Positions 15,906-22,217 of a DNA stretch of 22,217 nt are shown piece after piece. The stretch is taken from assembly GCA_046735395.1 (NCBI GenBank), contig JBJKQR010000032.1, positions 1 to 22,217 on the forward strand. Direction: 5' to 3'. The position numbers and the translations under genes are program-made. Under the pieces are notes generated by a model, which did not search any database, was not told where the DNA came from, and saw only the letters and a list, made by a program, of their open reading frames with translations. Source of the stretch: Fidelibacterota bacterium (GTDB taxonomy: Bacteria; Fidelibacterota; Fidelibacteria; Fidelibacterales; DSDE01). Position 1 is the stretch's first letter. The number at the start of each line of letters is the position of its first letter.

Positions 15906-18668
15906 ATGCGAAAAGCCACAATCCTTCTGATTGCTATGCTGTCCATTCTGTCGGCGGCGGAAAAGCCGGCCGGATCACGATCCAAGTCGTTCAGCGATGT
16001 GTCATATTCTCAATTCTCAGCAAACCGGATCCGGGATTTTATCGTGAATAACGGTCAGTATGTTTCAACCTGGGTAACAGGCGATGCCGGCATGACCTGG
16101 CCGGACGGGTGGACTAACTGCCTCGGGTTCGCGCAGGGCATCTGGCTGATCGGAAAGGCGGAGAATGAAAAATTGTATTCTGCGTGCGTGGAATTTACGT
16201 CCGAAAATAAACCTGGGAGGATTCTGGACAACAGGAAGCCGGACGATCCGTCTCTGCCAAAATACAAAGTATATTCCATCGGGAAAAATTATGGGCCTGA
16301 GGATTATGATGCCTGGCCGGTGGCCGACGGTGCTCCGGTGGATGAAAACGGACATCCGCTGCTGCTGGGGTCGCAGACACATTGGTTCGTCTGCAATGAT
16401 GCCGATACGAACGGCCACGCGGACCTGTGGAAAACGGATCCTGTTGGTGTGGAGTCGCAGTATACACTATTCGGCATCGACAGTGTGCCGGGCCTGGAAA
16501 ATACGATGTTTGTCAGACTGCGGATGATTCATAAGGGAACGGTGCCGCTGCAGGAAGCCTATCTGGGATTCTGGAACGACGATGATCTCGGAGACGCAAA
16601 TGATGATTTTGTCGGAATTGATACAAGCCGTCAGCTGGCCTACTTTTATAACGGATATCCGACGGATGGGGATTTTGGTTCAAAGATTCCGGCTGTGGGG
16701 CTGCTGCTGCTGCAGGGACCGATTGTGCCGGCAGCCGGTGAGACCGCAAGGGTCTCAGGCAAAATAATTCCGGATTGCAGGAATTTACCGATTACATCCT
16801 TTCAGAAATATCTCGGAGGTAGTCCTGTGTTCGGTGACCCGATGACGGTGGATGAAGCTTTTAACAACCTTCAGGGACTGACAAAAAGTGCGTGGGCATT
16901 TAGTGATCCGAACGGCGTCCCGCGAACCATCATGTATCCGGGCGATCCGGTAAGCGGAATCGGCTGGACAGCACGGGATGATGTTACTCCACAGGATCAC
17001 CGCAGCATTACCGGGGTGGGTCCCTTCAGCTTCGTCCCGGGTGATACGCAGGAGGTTGTGTTTGCAGTGGTCGTGGGCCGTGGCGTGGACAATCTCACTG
17101 GAATTAGCTCCCTGCGCAGAACCTGCGACATCATCAGGCCGGTTTATGAGAGCAATTTTACGGATATGGAATTGCCGGTGAATATGTTTCATACACCGGA
17201 ATTCTGTGAAGAAAAGACGGGCGCCGGGCATATTCAGGTTTCGGTGCGGCCGGGCAGGAGTGCGGATCTTGCCGGATATGCGGGAACTGTCCACTATAGT
17301 CTGAGTCCGGATGGCCCGGTCAGTGAATCTGAAGTCCTGACCGTCAGCGGAATGGATACGGATGGGAGAAGCCTGCTGTATTCAGCGGATATTCCCACCG
17401 GCGGAAAGGAAGATACGATTCGCTACTGTTTTGTCTTCAGCGGAAACGGCCAGGACTTCGCCTATCCGATAGCTGCGCCGGATGTCTGGTTTGAAACCAT
17501 CATCGGCCCTGATCAGACGGCTCCGGACCTGGTGACGGCTGAAACAAATCCACGGACCGCCATTTTTACCGATAGATCAATGTCGGTAAACGGCTCCTTT
17601 ACCTATGATGACCGTTCGCCTCTGGCCGATATCCGTTTGCAGGAAAAAATTAATGACGGGGAGTGGACGGACATCGGTGACAGTGTCGTGTATTCATGCC
17701 GGAAATTGTCCATTTTTGACCACATCGAAAGCGCCATAGAAGTAGTGTGGAAGGGAAATATCCGTCTGAACGGGTGTACACGGGGTGATATCATTTCATA
17801 CCGTATTGCTGTCTCAGATTCCACACTGGCTGAAAATATCAGTTATACAGACCCACAGCAGATCATGATTTCCAAACAAGAGGATATCGGAGATTTCACA
17901 AATATTTATCCGGGAGATGACAGCACCTACCCGCGAGAGTGGATTCTGGAAGGCTGGAAATACCAGGGCTTTGGGGTGACGGGTCCCTGGTGGTGCGGTG
18001 CTGTCTGTGATACGGGTTATCTGTCTTATGGAGAAAATCTGAATACCAAACTGAGCTATTTCCGGGCCTTGCCGACGGGAATGCATGACCGGTTGGATTT
18101 ACAGGTATTTCATTATGGAAAAATCAACCTGAATGACACCGGTTTTGTTGAGTTGAGTGAAGACTCAAGTACCTGGAAAAGCGTATATTCTGTAACGCAT
18201 TGTTCTATTCCCTGGGGGACATGGACCACGATTTCGGTGACTGACTATACGGATGCGGACAGTGTGTGGCTGCGCTTTCGGTTCAGCTCGGATGATTCCA
18301 CAGAATCCGGCTCTGCGACGTGGTCAATAAACCGTGTTCGGGTGGTTGTCGACTCGACGATTAGCTCTGTCGCTGAATTGAACAGGCCGGAAAATTTCAG
18401 GCTGTATCAGAATTTTCCCAATCCCTTCAACCCGGAAACGACCCTCAGTTATGATCTTCCCCGAAGTTCTGATGTATCGGTCCGGATCTATGATCTGTCC
18501 GGGCGTGAAGTCCGGAACTGGACAATGGCCCATCAGATTCAGGGCCACTATGAAATCATCTGGAACGGAAGCGATAACAGCGGGGCAAAGGTGTCGTCCG
18601 GTCTGTATTTTTACCGGATCCGTGCCGGACAGTTCAGCGAAACGAAAAAGATGATTTTTCTGAAATAG
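15906..18668 (+). CDS. Large secreted protein with a signal peptide and a C-terminal T9SS type-A/FlgD-Ig-like sorting domain; function unknown
   Basis: Signal peptide MRKATILLIAMLSILSA. Asp-rich NDDDLGDANDDFVG. C-terminal LYQNFPNPFNPETTLSYDLP...IYDLSGREV...WNGSDNSGAKVSSGLYFYRI...KKMIFLK. AAAGG RBS. Confidence 0.85.
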   Translation: MRKATILLIAMLSILSAAEKPAGSRSKSFSDVSYSQFSANRIRDFIVNNGQYVSTWVTGDAGMTWPDGWTNCLGFAQGIWLIGKAENEKLYSACVEFTSENKPGRILDNRKPDDPSLPKYKVYSIGKNYGPEDYDAWPVADGAPVDENGHPLLLGSQTHWFVCNDADTNGHADLWKTDPVGVESQYTLFGIDSVPGLENTMFVRLRMIHKGTVPLQEAYLGFWNDDDLGDANDDFVGIDTSRQLAYFYNGYPTDGDFGSKIPAVGLLLLQGPIVPAAGETARVSGKIIPDCRNLPITSFQKYLGGSPVFGDPMTVDEAFNNLQGLTKSAWAFSDPNGVPRTIMYPGDPVSGIGWTARDDVTPQDHRSITGVGPFSFVPGDTQEVVFAVVVGRGVDNLTGISSLRRTCDIIRPVYESNFTDMELPVNMFHTPEFCEEKTGAGHIQVSVRPGRSADLAGYAGTVHYSLSPDGPVSESEVLTVSGMDTDGRSLLYSADIPTGGKEDTIRYCFVFSGNGQDFAYPIAAPDVWFETIIGPDQTAPDLVTAETNPRTAIFTDRSMSVNGSFTYDDRSPLADIRLQEKINDGEWTDIGDSVVYSCRKLSIFDHIESAIEVVWKGNIRLNGCTRGDIISYRIAVSDSTLAENISYTDPQQIMISKQEDIGDFTNIYPGDDSTYPREWILEGWKYQGFGVTGPWWCGAVCDTGYLSYGENLNTKLSYFRALPTGMHDRLDLQVFHYGKINLNDTGFVELSEDSSTWKSVYSVTHCSIPWGTWTTISVTDYTDADSVWLRFRFSSDDSTESGSATWSINRVRVVVDSTISSVAELNRPENFRLYQNFPNPFNPETTLSYDLPRSSDVSVRIYDLSGREVRNWTMAHQIQGHYEIIWNGSDNSGAKVSSGLYFYRIRAGQFSETKKMIFLK

Positions 18669-18850
18669 ATTTCAGGGTTTCCGGGCCGGCTGCGGAATAT
18701 GCCGGTAAATTCATGTTCAGTGATGGAGATTTTTCTGATCTTCAGGTTTTCCTGTTTGTTTTGATTGCAGAAATAAAGTGTTAACTTTGAACGGCCATTG
18801 CAGGGCGGGCGGCACCGCGTCATGATTTAAACAGAAAACGGAGCGTGCAG

Positions 18851-19816
18851 ATGAATAAGGCCGGATTTTATGGCAGAGTGGAGCAGATGCTGGCTGCCGG
18901 CAGAACGCTGAGATTCTGCCTGGTTGTCGAAAATCATGGTTCATCTCCGGGCCGGGCCGGGTTTGCCATGGCGATGGATGAACGTGGAGATTTTTTCGGC
19001 AGTATCGGTGGCGGGTCAATGGAGCACGATATTCTGGAGGAAATGAAAGGGGATGGCTTTCAGACCGGTTACCGTCATCTGCGTCACAGCACGGACGGTG
19101 CGGCTGACAGCACCGGCATGCTCTGCAGCGGGGATCAGGGACTCATATTCTGCGAACTGAATGAAGCGCACCTGAATACATTCCGTGAGCTGCGGCAGGC
19201 CTTCAGTTCCCATGTTCCCGGCTGTCTGCATATTCATTCCTCAGGGCAGCTGCGCTTTGAAACGGAAACAGTCTCCGGGCCGCGCATCCGCTTTTCCCGG
19301 ACGGATCAGGATTGGGACTATCACGAACGCATGGGCGCGGTGGATCCGGTGGCCATTATCGGGGCAGGACATGTGGGACAGGCGCTGTGCCGGATCCTGA
19401 AATCCCTCGATTTTTACTGTATTCTGCTGGATGACCGCCCGGACATGATCGCCGGGGCTGAAAATGACGGAAGCGCCCACGAATCGCGGGTAGTGAATTA
19501 CGACCGGATAGCTGATGAAACGGGGTTTCCCGATGCGGATCTGAGTGTGGTCATCATGACGCATAACCACAGCGGGGATGAAAAAGTGCTTGCCCGGTTT
19601 GCCGGACGGCCCTTTCGCTATCTGGGTATGATGGGTTCGCCGGCCAAAGTGGCGCGTGTCTATAAAAATCTGCGTGACAACGGAATCCGTAAGGAAGATC
19701 TGGAGGCCGTTCATGCTCCCATCGGAGTGCCCATCTTCAGCGAAACGCCGGAGGAGATCGCCGTGTCCATATCTGCGGAGCTGATCCGTGTCCGGCATGA
19801 ATCGGAACGAAGATGA
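18851..19816 (+). CDS. xdhC: XdhC/CoxI-family molybdenum cofactor insertion chaperone
   Basis: GSSPGRAG, GSIGGGSME, GMLCSG, IIGAGHVG, VIMTHNHSGD, YLGMMGS and HAPIG...ETPEEIAVSISAELI. ATG 18851 has GGAG 7 nt upstream and is preferred over GTG 18845. Confidence 0.9.
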   Translation: MNKAGFYGRVEQMLAAGRTLRFCLVVENHGSSPGRAGFAMAMDERGDFFGSIGGGSMEHDILEEMKGDGFQTGYRHLRHSTDGAADSTGMLCSGDQGLIFCELNEAHLNTFRELRQAFSSHVPGCLHIHSSGQLRFETETVSGPRIRFSRTDQDWDYHERMGAVDPVAIIGAGHVGQALCRILKSLDFYCILLDDRPDMIAGAENDGSAHESRVVNYDRIADETGFPDADLSVVIMTHNHSGDEKVLARFAGRPFRYLGMMGSPAKVARVYKNLRDNGIRKEDLEAVHAPIGVPIFSETPEEIAVSISAELIRVRHESERR

Positions 19817-19869
19817 AGGGGACGGGACCACGAGTCCGCTTTGTCAGATAATTTTATAAGGATGATATA

Positions 19870-21963
19870 ATGACGAAACTGTTACTTTCTCTCCTGTCGT
19901 TTTCTCTGCTGTTTGCGGAGGCTGGCATGTATCCGCTCAGTGATATAGGGCGCCTGGATCTGAAAACGGAAGGACTGGTCATGCCGGCCGACAGCATTTT
20001 CAATGCCGGCGATGAAAGCCTAGTGAATGCCATTGTCAAGGTGAACGGCTGTACCGGATCCTTTGTCTCCGCGGATGGGCTCATCCTGACCAATCACCAT
20101 TGCGCCTACCGGGCCGTGCAGACGGTGAGCACGCCGGAACATAATTATCTGGATGAGGGCTTTTCGGCCGCTGTGCAGAGTCAGGAGCTTCCGGCCAAAG
20201 GCTATCAGGTGCGCATCACCCTGTCCTGGGAGGATGTTTCCGACTCCGTTCTTTCGGCTGTAAATCCGGATATGTCACCGTATGACCGCAGCAAAGCCCA
20301 GGAAAAACGGATCAAGGAACTGGTCCGGGATGCGGAAAAGGCCCACCCCGGGAAACGGGCAGAGATTTCGGAGATGTTTCAGGGAAAAAGTTATTATCTC
20401 TTTATCTACGATTATCTGAAAGATGTGCGGCTGGTCTATGTCCCGCCCGTGTCCATCGGTAATTTCGGCGGGGAGGAGGACAACTGGATGTGGCCGCGGC
20501 ATACGGGGGACTTTTCCTTTCTGCGGGCCTACACCGGCCCGGATGGCCAGCCGGCGGATCCCTCTCCTGAAAACATTCCCTACCATCCCACCCGTCATCT
20601 TCAGATCCGGCCGGATGCGGTGCAGGAAAATGAATTTGTCTTCATTGTGGGATATCCGGGACGAACCTACCGGAACATGCCTGCTTCCTATCTCGATTTT
20701 ACTGTTTCGGTGCAGATGCCCTTTATCCGGGATCTCTATGTGGATCAGAACCGGATCATGGAGCGGATTTCGGATGAATCCACGGAAAAGCGTCTGAAAC
20801 TGGCGTCGCGGATCAAGGGCCGTTCCAATGTTCTGAAGAATTATTCCGGGAAGCTGGAAGGCCTGGCCCGCATTGACCTGGCGGCACAGTGGCAGGAACG
20901 GGACCGGCAGCTGCCCTCCGTGTCCGCTGATTCCACTGGCTGTCGGCAGGTTCTGGACAGCCTGGCGAATTATTATGATGAACGCAGCCGGAATTATATC
21001 CCTGAAAATCTTCTTTCGAGAATGGTATCGAATGTGACGGCTGCGGATGCGGCCTACACTGTGTATGAATACAGCCGGGAGCGCCGAAAGGATGATCTGG
21101 AACGCAAAGCACCCTATATGGACCGGAACTGGGACCGGACCCGGGAAAATATGCTGCTGAACGTGGACGATGCGGTTTCGGAGGCGGATGTGGCCCTTCT
21201 TCAGGATCTGATCGAAAAATACAGGTCAGCCCTGACGTCCGATCCTGTCCTTGAACGGTTTTTTCCGCGCTATCTGAGCGGAGACAAGCTGAAAAAGCGT
21301 ATTGAAAAATTGGTGAGCCGCAGTGAGTTTACGCGTCGTGAACAGGTTGAAAAATATCTGAATCTGTCCACGGAGGACCTGGAAAAAAGTTCGGATCCGC
21401 TGCTGCGTTTTGCCATCGCCCTGTATCCGATGCTTCAGGATATGGACAAGGCGGGGAAAATCCGCCGGGCAAAACTGGATGTCTATATGGCGGCCTATGT
21501 GGATATGCGGCAAAAGGCGGATGGACGGAGCTTTATTCCAGATGCAAATTCCACGCTGAGACTGAGTTTTGGCCGGGTGGAAGGTTATTCGCCCCGGGAC
21601 GCCATCTGGAGCCGGCCCATTTCCACGGTTCGGGGCCTGGTTGAAAAGGACCGGGGAGAAGATCCCTTCCAGCTGCCGGATAAAATCCGCCAGGCCGTGA
21701 AACAGAATCCGGAACTGTCCGGAAGGGCCGTGGACGTGCTCTACAGCACCGATACCAGCGGCGGGAATTCCGGGAGCCCGGTGATGGACAGCCGGGGCCG
21801 TCTGGTAGCCCTGAATTTTGACCGCTGCTACGAAGCCACCATCAATGATTTTGCCTGGAATCATCTCTACAGCCGGTCCATCGGTGTAAATGTCCGGTAT
21901 ATTCTATGGATTATTCAACTGTATAATAATAATGAGGCATTGCTGCGGGAACTGGGCGTGTAA
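19870..21963 (+). CDS. S46-family dipeptidyl peptidase (DPP7/DPP11-like) with a signal peptide
   Basis: Signal peptide followed by EAGMYP, GCTGSFVSADGLILTNHHCA, NWMWPRHTGDFSFLR, GYPGRT, PDANSTLRLSFG, TDTSGGNSGSPV and LNFDR. Confidence 0.92.
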   Translation: MTKLLLSLLSFSLLFAEAGMYPLSDIGRLDLKTEGLVMPADSIFNAGDESLVNAIVKVNGCTGSFVSADGLILTNHHCAYRAVQTVSTPEHNYLDEGFSAAVQSQELPAKGYQVRITLSWEDVSDSVLSAVNPDMSPYDRSKAQEKRIKELVRDAEKAHPGKRAEISEMFQGKSYYLFIYDYLKDVRLVYVPPVSIGNFGGEEDNWMWPRHTGDFSFLRAYTGPDGQPADPSPENIPYHPTRHLQIRPDAVQENEFVFIVGYPGRTYRNMPASYLDFTVSVQMPFIRDLYVDQNRIMERISDESTEKRLKLASRIKGRSNVLKNYSGKLEGLARIDLAAQWQERDRQLPSVSADSTGCRQVLDSLANYYDERSRNYIPENLLSRMVSNVTAADAAYTVYEYSRERRKDDLERKAPYMDRNWDRTRENMLLNVDDAVSEADVALLQDLIEKYRSALTSDPVLERFFPRYLSGDKLKKRIEKLVSRSEFTRREQVEKYLNLSTEDLEKSSDPLLRFAIALYPMLQDMDKAGKIRRAKLDVYMAAYVDMRQKADGRSFIPDANSTLRLSFGRVEGYSPRDAIWSRPISTVRGLVEKDRGEDPFQLPDKIRQAVKQNPELSGRAVDVLYSTDTSGGNSGSPVMDSRGRLVALNFDRCYEATINDFAWNHLYSRSIGVNVRYILWIIQLYNNNEALLRELGV

Positions 21964-21964
21964 A

Positions 21965-22217
21965 AGGCAGGTCCGTCTTCGCTTCGCTTCGACAGTATCG
22001 AGTAACGAGTAACGAGTAGCGAGTAATGAGTAGCCCGTCTTCGTTTCGCTACGACGCGGCAGGCGAGTAGCCCGTCTTCGTTTCGCTACAACGCGGCAAG
22101 CATGAAGCTGGAAGCTGGAAGTTTGAAGCTTGCGTCGCCGGTTTCCGGCTCCTGAAACAGCCCTACAAGAGTATAAGTTGATATTCCCGGGACTGCCGGC
22201 TTTCACAGCAGGGCAGT
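21965..22217. repeat. Composite intergenic repeat, copy 2 (runs off the window end)
   Basis: Read directly: truncated hairpin GTCTTCGCTTCGCTTCGAC, 5x YGAGTAR heptamers (21999-22033), a 37-bp tandem duplication (22027-22063 and 22064-22100, 3 mismatches), 4x GAAGYTK heptamers (22104-22131) and the 126-bp core (22091-22216). It uses the same building blocks as 15418-15683 and starts immediately after the S46 stop codon. Confidence 0.9.

Noticed and set aside
18675..18760. Possible terminator after the secreted protein (CCGGC...GCCGG)
   Set aside because: The stem is short with a large loop and no adjacent U-tract, which is insufficient support.
22027..22100. CRISPR-like 37-bp palindromic repeats
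   Set aside because: The two units abut with no unique spacers and no cas genes are present. This is a tandem duplication.
21904..22206. 100-aa minus-strand ORF across repeat copy 2 (and ORFs 15597-15875 and 15159-15413 near copy 1)
   Set aside because: These are mostly low-complexity translations of repeats or overlaps of guaD. The equivalent minus-strand frame in copy 1 has an early TGA stop, so coding is not conserved.

Overview
Bacterial DNA, roughly 55% GC by eye. A secreted protein with an NFPNPFNP...KKMIFLK C-terminal sorting domain and an S46 peptidase suggest an FCB-superphylum lineage outside typical Bacteroidota (inference). Positions 1-14833 form one tightly packed + strand operon resembling the anaerobic purine/urate degradation clusters built around ssnA, ygeY, hyuA, ygeW, xdh and mocA. 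It has three notable deviations. (i) The YgfK position holds a single-chain PreT-PreA (dihydropyrimidine dehydrogenase-like) fusion with an altered substrate pocket. (ii) No ygeX/dpaL is present in the window; two other fold-type II PLP enzymes are. (iii) A cytoplasmic serine hydrolase is translationally coupled at the end. Downstream are a convergent Bacillus-type guanine deaminase, a 920-aa secreted protein, an XdhC chaperone and a DPP11-like S46 peptidase. Two copies of a composite intergenic repeat (15418-15740 and 21965-22217) bracket the last three genes. Each copy combines 7-mer tandem repeats, hairpins with TTC/TTC internal loops and a 126-bp core that is 91% identical between copies.
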